Source: an uncultured archaeon (GTDB lineage Archaea > Nanobdellota > Nanobdellia > Woesearchaeales > CAIVOO01). Taken from it: DNA of 64,000 nt. The notes under the pieces are model-generated. The model ran no database searches. It had not been told where the DNA came from and was given only the letters and a program-made list of their open reading frames with translations. The stretch lies in assembly GCA_963845175.1 (NCBI GenBank), contig CAWJRI010000016.1:6670-70669 (forward strand). The letters are read 5' to 3'. A program made the translations under genes and the position numbers. Below, piece after piece: positions 42,138 to 51,329 of this stretch (within the stretch, counting starts at the first letter, position 1; the number at the start of each line of letters is the position of its first letter).

Positions 42138-43829
42138 TCACATCTCATCCAGACATTCAATTCCAAGCAGCCCAAGCCCGTTCTTCAAGACCTGCCTGAC
42201 ACAATTAATCAGAAGAATCCTTGCCTTCTTCAGTTCCTCGTCCTCAGCAAGCACCTGGCACGCCTGATAAAACTCATTGAACGCATGGCTCAGGTCAAGA
42301 AGGTATCTTGCAACAACCTCTGGCCTCTGGTTCCTTGCGCTTTCCTCAACCGCCTCTGGAAAATCAGCAATCAGTTTCACTAGTTTTTTCTCTTCCTCCG
42401 CCTTCAGCAGGGAAAAATCCGCCTTGTCAATTATTTTTCCGAATTTATTTATCATTGATGTGATTCTCGCGTAGGCATACTGCACATAAGGACCTGTTTC
42501 GCCCTCAAATGATATCGATTCCTTTGGGTTGTAATTCATGTCTTTCAGATGGTCGTGCTTCAGCATGAAAAATTTCAATGCGCCAAGCCCGATTGTCTTT
42601 GCCCTTTTTTCAATTTCAGCGTCGCTCAGCCCCTCATATCTTTTTTTCAAATCCTCTCTTGAAAGCCCGATAACCTCATTCATCAAATCATCTGCATCAA
42701 CAACATTCCCCTCCCTTGATTTCATCTCACCTTCAGGAAGATAAACCATGCCATAACTCATGTGGAAGCATTTGTTTGCAAACTCGTAGCCAAGCAGGTC
42801 AAAAATCTTGAAAAGTTGCTGGAAATACGCATTCTGCTCTGAGCCGACAATATAGAAAAGTTTGTCCATTTTGTATTCGTCAAATCTTATTTTTGCAAGC
42901 TCAATGTCAGAAACAATGTAAAGCGATGTCCCGTCTGACCTCATCAGTATCTTGTCAGGCAGGTTAAAGTCCTGAAGCGGAGCATAGATTGCGCCGTCAT
43001 CTGTTTTCTTGAAAATTCCTTTCTCAAGGCCATCTATAACCCTTTTCTTGCCTTTTTCATAAACCTCAGATTCATAATATGTATTGTCAAATCTTATTCC
43101 CAGTTTTTCATAAGTGTCATTAAATCCCTTGTAGACCCAGTTGTTCATCTTTCTCCACAAAGCAAGCGTCTCCTTGTCGCCTTCCTCCCATTTTTTGAGC
43201 ATCTCCTTTGCTTCGTTTTCAAGTTTAGGGTCATTCTGCTCTTTTGTGTTATACAAAACATAGAAGTATCCTACAAAATGGTCAGGCTTTATATCAGGCT
43301 CCTTGTCATTACCCCATTTCTTGTATGCGAGCATAGACTTGCAGATATGAATGCCCCTGTCATTCACCCAATTAACTCTTGTAACTTTATGCCCAGCAAA
43401 TTCAAGAATGTTTGAGAAGCTCATCCCAATTAGGTTGTTCCTTATGTGCCCGAGATGCTGCGGCTTGTTTGTGTTTGGGCCGGAAAATTCAACCATAATT
43501 GTCTTGTCCTTGCCTATCAGCGATTTGCCGTAGTCGTTCTTCAGCTTGACAACATTTGGCAGGACAAGCTCAGAAAGCTTTTCTTTTTTCACGAAAAAAT
43601 TTACATAAGGGCCAACTGCCTTCACTTCCTTAATCAGCTCAGACTCTTTCACTTCTTCTGCAATTTCTTCAGCAATCTTTTTTGGGTCTTTTTTTGCCTC
43701 TTTTGCAAGCCCAAAGCAGGGCAGCGCAAAGTCGCCAAGCTTTTGGTCAGGAGGTATCTCCAGCATGGAATCTGATATAGAATATTTCTTGCTGACAAGC
43801 CTGACTATCTCTTTTTTAAACTCATCCAT
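42138..43829 (-). CDS. argS: arginine--tRNA ligase
   Basis: FSGPNTNKPQHLGHIRN (HIGH region) and an anticodon-binding C-terminus ending GIECLDEM. 563 aa. Confidence 0.95.
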   Translation of the reverse strand: MDEFKKEIVRLVSKKYSISDSMLEIPPDQKLGDFALPCFGLAKEAKKDPKKIAEEIAEEVKESELIKEVKAVGPYVNFFVKKEKLSELVLPNVVKLKNDYGKSLIGKDKTIMVEFSGPNTNKPQHLGHIRNNLIGMSFSNILEFAGHKVTRVNWVNDRGIHICKSMLAYKKWGNDKEPDIKPDHFVGYFYVLYNTKEQNDPKLENEAKEMLKKWEEGDKETLALWRKMNNWVYKGFNDTYEKLGIRFDNTYYESEVYEKGKKRVIDGLEKGIFKKTDDGAIYAPLQDFNLPDKILMRSDGTSLYIVSDIELAKIRFDEYKMDKLFYIVGSEQNAYFQQLFKIFDLLGYEFANKCFHMSYGMVYLPEGEMKSREGNVVDADDLMNEVIGLSREDLKKRYEGLSDAEIEKRAKTIGLGALKFFMLKHDHLKDMNYNPKESISFEGETGPYVQYAYARITSMINKFGKIIDKADFSLLKAEEEKKLVKLIADFPEAVEESARNQRPEVVARYLLDLSHAFNEFYQACQVLAEDEELKKARILLINCVRQVLKNGLGLLGIECLDEM

Positions 43830-43855
43830 ATATTATTTCTAGGAGCCACTATTTA

Positions 43856-44080
43856 TTAAGCTTTTGCCCTCTTCAGCGTCTTGATTTCCTCTTCAAGCCG
43901 CCTTACTTGCTTCTCAAGCTTCTGCGCATATTCCTTCCATTCGTTTACATAATTTGATTGCTTCAGCGCAGTTTTTAGCAGAAGCTCATTCTTTTTCATC
44001 AAGTCAGCAATCTCCCTGTCTCTTTTTCGCAGTTCATTGGCGTACACGCCTTCTATCTTGCTCTTTTTTCTGAAAAACAA
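43856..44080 (-). CDS. small coiled-coil protein, hypothetical
   Basis: 74 aa with heptad-like charged sequence. TTG start preceded by GAGGTGA. Confidence 0.4.
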   Translation of the reverse strand: MFFRKKSKIEGVYANELRKRDREIADLMKKNELLLKTALKQSNYVNEWKEYAQKLEKQVRRLEEEIKTLKRAKA

Positions 44081-44300
44081 ATTTTCACCTCACGATTTTT
44101 TTTCAAGCACCCATTTTATTTCATCAAACTCATTATTCAGGTTTCATGTTTTATTTATAAATGTTTCAGGATTTTTCTGAATTTGTGGCAATATATTTTT
44201 AAGAACCTAAAAGAAAGGCAAAAGTTTGTGGAGGACATTAATTGTTTCGGAGCAGACGCAAAAGAATATTTTATAGCAGAAGAAGTAAAAAGGGAAGACT

Positions 44301-44417
44301 TTATTCCTCAGCTTCCTTCCACTTGTTTATGAAATCTGTCTCTTCGCCAGAAAGCAGTTCTTCATCTGTATAATGATTCTCGATTACTTCTTTCTGGAAT
44401 ATGCGCACAATTCTCAT
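44301..44417 (-). CDS. possible 38-aa acidic micro-protein (not in the ORF track)
   Basis: MRIVRIFQKEVIENHYTDEELLSGEETDFINKWKEAEE. The ATG is preceded by AGAGGTGGTTAAA, the best SD match in this gap. Confidence 0.3.
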   Translation of the reverse strand: MRIVRIFQKEVIENHYTDEELLSGEETDFINKWKEAEE

Positions 44418-44509
44418 TTTAACCACCTCTTTTTCGGAAATTATTCGTGTTCTATTATATAAATATAGAAAGATTTATATAATAAGTTATTCTATATATT
44501 GTATATACA

Positions 44510-45535
44510 TTGGGGGTTAAATTGGAATCAAGGAAGCTTATTAGTTTTGGAAGTTCATCTTATGTTATTTCTATTCCCAAAGCATGGGTCAAAAAAAACA
44601 AGCTTGAAAAAGGCTCTCCAATATATCTGAGTGAAAAGTCAGATGGCCTTATCATTTCTCCAAGCACAGAAAACAAAAAGCAGACAAAGGAGACTCAGAT
44701 AGATGTCTCAAACAAATCAATTGACAGAATAAAGGCAGAGATAGTGGCAAGCTACCTCAATAATTATGATATAATAGAGATAAGGAACGCAAAAGATGAG
44801 GATATGCAGCAGATAAAGGGGATTCTGAGGGATTTGGCAGGCCTAGAGATAATGGAGCAGACCCAGACAAAAATAGTTGTCAAGGACCTCATAAACATAA
44901 AAGAGGTTTCAATCAAAACCCTCATAAGAAGGATAGACATCATCATAAGATCCATGTTTGACGATCTGATTGCAGGCACACACAGCAAAATGGGCAATCT
45001 TCTTAAAAGTTTTTATCAGAGAGACATGGACATAAACAGGCTTTACTATCTTGTAAGAAGGGTCATGACAGCTGCGCTCGAAGACCCAACCATAAGAAGG
45101 ATGCTTGAAACCAACTCGATTGAGCTTGTTTTTGACTGGGAAATCGCATTAAGACTTGAAAAAATAGGCGACCAGCTGAAAAGGATGGCAAAAAGGCTGA
45201 ATGAGGTGAAGCTTGAAAACAGGCCAAATAAATACATTGACTGCATTCTTGGAGAGCTTTGCGCAACTTATCTTAACATAATGAAAGCTTACTACTCCAA
45301 AGACAAGAATATCGCTTTTGATGTGGAATTGAATAATACTTCCAGAGTACAGAAATGCAATGACCTGCTTGAGCACCTTGAGAAGCACAGAGAGATGGAC
45401 ATGCATGAGGCAGACAACCTTGTCATCCTCACAGAAAAATTCAAGGACATGTCAGCGTCGATAAAAAACATCGCAAGGGTTGTGATTGACAACGGAATGA
45501 CTGGTTCACAAGCCTTAAAAAGAGAAAATTTATAA
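44510..45535 (+). CDS. AbrB-domain + PhoU-repeat regulator (archaeal PhoU-like)
   Basis: N-terminal RKLISFGSSSYVISIPKAWVKKNKL (AbrB/SpoVT fold) followed by two PhoU-like helical repeats. TTG start ~25 nt after the TATA gatttatataat. Confidence 0.7.
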   Translation: MGVKLESRKLISFGSSSYVISIPKAWVKKNKLEKGSPIYLSEKSDGLIISPSTENKKQTKETQIDVSNKSIDRIKAEIVASYLNNYDIIEIRNAKDEDMQQIKGILRDLAGLEIMEQTQTKIVVKDLINIKEVSIKTLIRRIDIIIRSMFDDLIAGTHSKMGNLLKSFYQRDMDINRLYYLVRRVMTAALEDPTIRRMLETNSIELVFDWEIALRLEKIGDQLKRMAKRLNEVKLENRPNKYIDCILGELCATYLNIMKAYYSKDKNIAFDVELNNTSRVQKCNDLLEHLEKHREMDMHEADNLVILTEKFKDMSASIKNIARVVIDNGMTGSQALKRENL

Positions 45536-45710
45536 ACTCCTTTTCCTTTATCTTTAATTTGTGATGATTTACGAACCCCCACAGATGAATTCTTACCATC
45601 TATTTGAAAAAATCTACGAGGTGAATTTTTAATGGCAAAGAAGAAGAAGAAATAAGGTGATTACATGGCTAAGAAGAAAAAAACAATAAAGAAAAAATCG
45701 AGTTGTTCTT

Positions 45711-45745
45711 GCTGTCGTTGAAACGGCAGCAATTTTTTATTTTTG
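45711..45745 (+). terminator. hairpin + T-tract
   Basis: gctgtcg-ttgaaa-cggcagc (7-bp stem, one G.U) followed by aattttttatttttg. Lies between the convergent PhoU-like gene and purB. Confidence 0.4.
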
Positions 45746-45747
45746 TT

Positions 45748-47166
45748 TTAAACTTTTGATTCTGATTTCATTCCCAAATAATGTGCATATTTATTTCTGA
45801 TCGGCTCAACTAATTTCAGGAAGTCGTCCACTTGTTCAACTGACCTTCCGATGAATTCATCTGAATTCTTAAGAACCGTTTCAACTTCTTTTGCATTTAG
45901 GGGGATCTCTTTGTCATCCTCGATTTTTTGAAGCAGATTATTTGATTTTCCTTGCTTGATAGCGTCCCCTGCTTCCATTGCATATTGCTTAAGCCTGCCG
46001 TGCAGGTAATTCCTATCCCCTCCTTTCTTAACAGCTTCCATTAAAATAGTATTAATTGCCATAAATGGAAGCTCCCGCATTAAGTTCTGCTCTATAATCT
46101 TATGGTTTACAACAAGACCGTCCATTACTCTTAAATAAACTTCAAGAATAGCATCAGCACTCAAAAAAGCATCAGGTATTATCAGTCTTTCAATCGCGGA
46201 ATTGTCTAAACTGCGTTCAAGCCATTGAACTGCAGCTGTCTCTGCTGATGAAGCGATCAGCCCCCTTGAATAACGCCCAAGCGAGCAAATCCTTTCAGAT
46301 GTCATCGGGTTTCTTTTATAAGGCATTGCAGAAGAGCCCACCTGGTCTTTGCCAAACGGCTCTTCAACTTCCTTGTCGTGCTGCATCAGCCTGATGTCTA
46401 TGGCTGCTTTTTCAGCTGAAATGGCTATTTGAGCAAGCGTCGATACCATTTGGTAAACAAAAAGCTTTGGATATGTCTGGCCGGTTATTGGAAACGTCTC
46501 CTTAAATCCAAGCTCCTTAGCAACTAATTTGTCCAATTCAACAGCCTTTTCCTTGCTTCCAAGCAGAGTTATTGTGTCTGCCATAGTTCCAGTGGCCCCT
46601 TTAACCCCTCTTCCCTTAAAATTTTCTCTTCTATATTCCAAATCCTGAAGAGCCATCAAAAACTGATAACCCCACATTGAAATTCTTTTTCCCAGTGTCG
46701 GTGGCTGTGCAGGCTGGTAATGAGTGTAGCCAAGAAGCATCAGATCCTTGTGTATTTCTGCGTCTTTTGCAGTCAAATCAATTGCATTGGCAACCTTTGG
46801 TATAATCAAATCAAGGGCATCTCTTATCTGCATTAATTCAGCATTGTCTGTAACATCACAACTTGTCAGTCCTGCATGAATTATTCCTTTTGCTGATTCT
46901 GCCTGCTCCCCGTAGGCGCGTATGTGCGACATAACATCATGCCTTGTCTTTTTTTCTATTTCATTTGCTCGCTCTAAATTCAAGTTGTAAATATATTTTT
47001 CAAGGTCAGCTATTTGTTCGTCAGAATAATTCATTCCAAGGTTTTTTTGTATTTTTGCAACAGCAAACCAGACCTTTCTCCAATTAGAAAATTTTGTCTC
47101 TTCACTCCAAATCTTTAGCATATCCTTGCTTGGGTATCTTGTCCAGAGCGGGTCCATTTCTTTCAC
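45748..47166 (-). CDS. purB: adenylosuccinate lyase
   Basis: Fumarate-lyase signature GSSAMPYKRNP. 472 aa. Confidence 0.95.
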   Translation of the reverse strand: MKEMDPLWTRYPSKDMLKIWSEETKFSNWRKVWFAVAKIQKNLGMNYSDEQIADLEKYIYNLNLERANEIEKKTRHDVMSHIRAYGEQAESAKGIIHAGLTSCDVTDNAELMQIRDALDLIIPKVANAIDLTAKDAEIHKDLMLLGYTHYQPAQPPTLGKRISMWGYQFLMALQDLEYRRENFKGRGVKGATGTMADTITLLGSKEKAVELDKLVAKELGFKETFPITGQTYPKLFVYQMVSTLAQIAISAEKAAIDIRLMQHDKEVEEPFGKDQVGSSAMPYKRNPMTSERICSLGRYSRGLIASSAETAAVQWLERSLDNSAIERLIIPDAFLSADAILEVYLRVMDGLVVNHKIIEQNLMRELPFMAINTILMEAVKKGGDRNYLHGRLKQYAMEAGDAIKQGKSNNLLQKIEDDKEIPLNAKEVETVLKNSDEFIGRSVEQVDDFLKLVEPIRNKYAHYLGMKSESKV

Positions 47167-48287
47167 CTCACATAAGCTTCCAGTGACTTTCTTACTTTAT
47201 CAATCGGCGGGGCGTCGAAAATATTCCTTCCAATGACTGCGTTTGCCATTGACGTGTAAATGTCGCTTATTATCGCCAGAAATTCTGCAGGCAGATGCTT
47301 CGGCTTGTTTACCATCTTCCCTTTCCAGCCTTCTGCTCCTTTTTTCTCCTCAACTTCCTTTACCCATTCTGGCTGATTGTTCCTGTACCACTGCCTTGCC
47401 ACTTCCTTGCTCATCTGCACACCATCCATGGTAAACCTGCATTCGTCAGGCGTTCCGAGAACGTCAACAAACATAAACTCCCTTCTGTATGTTCTATAGG
47501 GTGATATTCCGAACTCAAACTTTCCGTCATCATTGTTTATGCCCAGCGGAGCCATTGTTTCTGTAATTAGCTTGTTGCCCTTGTTAAGCAGCGCTTTTAT
47601 CCTTTCCAATTCCTCATTATCGAGCCCCGAAAGCCTTTGCGCCTCATTCCATTTCATGTAGCGGTCGCCGTCTTCAATCTTCGTGCTAACATCAAAATAC
47701 GGCTGAGGAAGCTTTTCACCTTCGACAGGCATGTGGTCGAGGCCCAAATCCTGATATGTCAGAGTTCCTTTATTTAGCCTATCAAATACAGAGCTTCCCT
47801 TTGGAAGCGTGTTCCTGTACATAACTTCCAATGGAATAAGGATATTTCTTGGGCTTTGCTGGTAAACAGAATAGTCATATAGAACATATTCCTCAATTTT
47901 TTCATCATTTTTTATTGGTGCAATTCCAATATACTCTTTCTTATCCATTTCAGTTATTTCTTTCACCCTTCTTGCAGGCAGCTCCGGCTTCATCACAAAT
48001 TTTACCCACATTTCATTCGACGGGTTTAAAAATTGCTTATTCACAAAATACCTTTTTTCATCATCACCTATTTTCAGTCCTGCATATGAACTTTCAATGC
48101 CCATCTTTTTAAGCTCTTCAAAGAAATAAGCTGACATCATGCAGAGTGCAGCTCCCTTGTTTTTTATGTGGTCTGGCATCTCGCCCCAGTCAAAAACAGA
48201 ATACCTATCTGAGAAACCGAAAAGTCCCCACCCCATTTTTCTAAGTTCAACTGGTTTTAAAATCTTAATGTCTTTTGTACTTCCCAT
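47163..48287 (-). CDS. purC: SAICAR synthase (long form)
   Basis: FSDRYSVFDWGEMPDHIKNKGAAL and a SAICAR_synt core with insertions. Operon position. 4-nt overlap with purB. Confidence 0.8.
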   Translation of the reverse strand: MGSTKDIKILKPVELRKMGWGLFGFSDRYSVFDWGEMPDHIKNKGAALCMMSAYFFEELKKMGIESSYAGLKIGDDEKRYFVNKQFLNPSNEMWVKFVMKPELPARRVKEITEMDKKEYIGIAPIKNDEKIEEYVLYDYSVYQQSPRNILIPLEVMYRNTLPKGSSVFDRLNKGTLTYQDLGLDHMPVEGEKLPQPYFDVSTKIEDGDRYMKWNEAQRLSGLDNEELERIKALLNKGNKLITETMAPLGINNDDGKFEFGISPYRTYRREFMFVDVLGTPDECRFTMDGVQMSKEVARQWYRNNQPEWVKEVEEKKGAEGWKGKMVNKPKHLPAEFLAIISDIYTSMANAVIGRNIFDAPPIDKVRKSLEAYVR

Positions 48288-48288
48288 C

Positions 48289-49164
48289 TTATTTCACCTC
48301 TATTAGTTTTTTCAAGTCATTTAAATCCTTCAGCATGTGAAGTTGTTTGTGACCTTCATATTTCTGTCTTCCTTTAACCAATTCATTCTTAATGTTTTCC
48401 AAAATCTCCAGATTTTTTCTTCCGATTATCTTTGCGGCGTAAATCGCCACATTTGTCGGGTTTAAGATTCCAACGTTTAATGTGTTGTGATCTCTATTAT
48501 CCTGTATTGCCTCCACATATGCTAATACCTCTGTTTTTGAATGCGCGGAAATGCTGTGCGGATAACCAGAAATAACAAGCTCTTCATCTAATATAATAGG
48601 ACCCATCGCGGAAATGATTAACTGATTTGGCTTGTCAAGCTTGCTTCCATGTTTCACAGCTTCATTATTTACTCCTAACTTTTTAAGCTCGCTTGAAATT
48701 TTTTCACCAAAAGTGGTTGAGTCCAGGCTGTAGCAGACAATTGCGCCATCATATTTTTTCTTAGCAGCAATATAACCAAGCATTAAAGCATCTTCAATGC
48801 AGTTAATCCTGACGCATCCGACAGGGTAGCCTGGCGGAAGCTCGCTTGAGGATAATAACGAAGATAACCCGTCTGTTGCCTTGTCAGAAATTGGAAGCCC
48901 AATTACAATTGTTCCCAAATCTGCCATTCTGACGTAATCACTTACCAGCGCATTAGTCAGCCCAGCACCTGCGATAATTACATCCCAAGGAAGACCTCCT
49001 AACTTGGTTCGTGCAAACTCCTCAACCTTTTCCGGAGTCCTATGCGCAGAAGCAATTCCAACATAAATATCAGCATCAGTAGGTTTGGTTGCCATAAGTG
49101 CGTCCAACCTTTCCGACAGCTTCAAATCAGACGGGCTTCCCAAACCAATAAGTATGTTTACCAT
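48289..49164 (-). CDS. purE: AIR carboxylase/mutase PurE with a degenerate second PurE-like half
   Basis: GLGSPSDL, ASAHRTPEKV and IIAGAGLTNAL in the first ~140 aa. The second half repeats weakly (ISAHSKTE, NPTNVAIYAAKIIG). Confidence 0.75.
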   Translation of the reverse strand: MVNILIGLGSPSDLKLSERLDALMATKPTDADIYVGIASAHRTPEKVEEFARTKLGGLPWDVIIAGAGLTNALVSDYVRMADLGTIVIGLPISDKATDGLSSLLSSSELPPGYPVGCVRINCIEDALMLGYIAAKKKYDGAIVCYSLDSTTFGEKISSELKKLGVNNEAVKHGSKLDKPNQLIISAMGPIILDEELVISGYPHSISAHSKTEVLAYVEAIQDNRDHNTLNVGILNPTNVAIYAAKIIGRKNLEILENIKNELVKGRQKYEGHKQLHMLKDLNDLKKLIEVK

Positions 49165-49167
49165 TTT

Positions 49168-50455
49168 TCACCTCGCTTCTAACGCCTTGCTGCCAATATC
49201 AGTTCTGTAATGGACACCATCCCAGCTGATTTTCTTGACAGCTTCGTATGCTCTGGCTTGGGCATCATTTATTGTGCCGCCCAAAGCAGTAACTCCCAGC
49301 ACCCTTCCGCCAGAAGTTATAATTTTATCATTATCTATTTTTGTTCCCGCGTGAAACACAACAACACCTGACATTTTCTCGACATCATTCAGCCCAAAAA
49401 TTTCCTTACCTTTTGCATAATTATCTGGATAGCCTTTGGATGCCATAACAACACAGACAGCTGCTCTTTCATCCCATTTGACTGGGTTTTCCTTGACAAT
49501 CTCTGCTAAATTGCCTTCAACAACAGCCTTTAAGTAAGGCACAATGTCTGATTTCATCCTCATGACTATTGGCTGTGTTTCAGGGTCGCCCATCCTGCAG
49601 TTGAATTCCAGAACATAAGGTCTTTTGCCATCAACCATTATTCCTGCATAAAGCACTCCCTTGTAAGGCATTCCTTCAGAGCGCATACCATTGATTGCCG
49701 GGTACATTATTGTATCAATAATCTCCTGCTCCAAATCCTTGATGACTGGCGCAGGCGAGTAAGCACCCATTCCGCCTGTGTTCTTCCCCTGGTCATTGTC
49801 AAAGACGCGCTTGTGGTCTTGCGATGACGCCAGTGGCAGGATATACCTCCCGTCACTGAGCGCGATAAAAGAAGCTTCTTCGCCATAAAGCCTTTGCTCA
49901 ATAATAACATGATTTCCTGCGTCGCCAAAAATCTTTTTAACCATGATATCATCAACAGCAGTTATTGCCTCTTCCAGCGTTGAACAGACAACAACACCTT
50001 TTCCAGCAGCAAGCCCGTCCGCCTTTACAACAACGCCTTTGTCAAAATGCTCGCTGCAAAACCTCCTGGCATCCTCTGGGTTGTCTGTGGCATTAAAATT
50101 TGCAGTTGGAATGCTGTATCTTTTCAAAAATCCCTTTGTGAAAACCTTGCTTCCTTCAAGAACAGCTGCATCTTTTTTCGGCCCCACGATTGCAAGGTTG
50201 CGTTTTTCAAAGTAATCAACTAAGCCGTCAACCAACGGCGCCTCTGGCCCAACAACAGTAAGGCCAACTTTGTTTTGTTCAACAAAATCAGCAATGGAGC
50301 CAAAATCACTTATGTTTAATACATGAATATTTTCAGCAATCTTTGCAGTGCCCGCATTTCCAGGCGCGCAGTAAACCTCTTCAACCTCAGTGCTTTGCCC
50401 GATTTTCCAGGCAAGCGCATGCTCCCTCCCCTGAACCTAATATTAAGACTTTCAT
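49168..50455 (-). pseudogene. purD: phosphoribosylamine--glycine ligase PurD, reading frame broken in a G-run near the 5' end (possible assembly indel)
   Basis: ATG at 50455 (SD GAGGTGA) gives MKVLILGSG, then the frame is lost at GGGG (50428-50431). The +1 frame continues REHALAWKIGQSTEVEEVYCAPGNAGTA...VVGPEAPLVDGLVDYF into the 355-aa ORF. Total length 1288 nt = 3n+1. Confidence 0.75.
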
Positions 50456-50516
50456 TTTTTCATCACCTCAAAATTTTAATTTTGACGGGGCTGAAAATCT
50501 CCTGATTTTCACCGCC

Positions 50517-51329
50517 TCATTTGAAACAGTCAACAGCATTCCTGAATATCTGCAGGCCGTCTCCTTCCTTGGCTGTTTTCTTTCCTTGCCTGTTGCGTTC
50601 ATCTTTAATAGACGTCCATTGCGGATGGTTTTCAATAAACAAAAATGCCTCCGGATGGGGCATCAGCCCGAAAATCCTTCCTGTTTCGTCGCAAATGGCT
50701 GCAATTGCTTCGTAAGAGCCATTAGGGTTGTCAGGATATTTCATCGTTGGCATATTTTCTTTATCAATATACTGGCAGGCCACAAGATTCTTGTCAAAAA
50801 GTTTTTTAATGATATCTTCAGAAGCGACAAACTTTCCCTCGCCGTGCCTGACAGGCAAAGAAATATACTCTATATTCTTTGTCCAAATGCAGTTTTCATG
50901 AACTTTTAAATCCACCCACCTGTCCTCGAACTTTCCTGAGTCATTGAATGTCAGGCTTGCCTGCTGTTCAAAATATTTATTGCCAATTGCAGGCAGAAGC
51001 CCAAGCTTCACCAGCGCCTGTAAGCCGTTGCATATCCCTATAATTAGATTGCCATCATCTATGAATTTTTTTATCTGATTTTCCAACCCTTCACCATTAA
51101 CCCTTGCATTTTTGATTTTATTAGCCAAAACCATTCCAGAGCCCAAATCATCCCCGTATGAGAATCCGCCTGGAAACGCGATTATTTTGTAGTCTGAAAT
51201 CTTTTCTTCGCCGGCGATTATGTCATTTATGTGGACCCTTTTCGCCTCTGCGCCTGCCAACTCAAACGCCAGCTTTGTCTCGTAATCGCAGTTTATTCCA
51301 TACCCTGTCAATACAAGTGCTTTTACCAT
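50517..51329 (-). CDS. purQ: FGAM synthase glutaminase subunit PurQ (long form)
   Basis: MVKALVLTGYGINCDYE, FPGGFSYGDDLG and GICNGLQAL (catalytic Cys). I prefer the ATG at 51329, which overlaps the purL stop (ATGGTAA). Confidence 0.85.
   Translation of the reverse strand: MVKALVLTGYGINCDYETKLAFELAGAEAKRVHINDIIAGEEKISDYKIIAFPGGFSYGDDLGSGMVLANKIKNARVNGEGLENQIKKFIDDGNLIIGICNGLQALVKLGLLPAIGNKYFEQQASLTFNDSGKFEDRWVDLKVHENCIWTKNIEYISLPVRHGEGKFVASEDIIKKLFDKNLVACQYIDKENMPTMKYPDNPNGSYEAIAAICDETGRIFGLMPHPEAFLFIENHPQWTSIKDERNRQGKKTAKEGDGLQIFRNAVDCFK

Noticed and set aside
50343-50909. 188-aa plus-strand ORF across the purD/purQ junction
   Set aside because: It is antisense to purQ (catalytic GICNGLQAL on the other strand) and to the purD 5' end, and it has no motifs.
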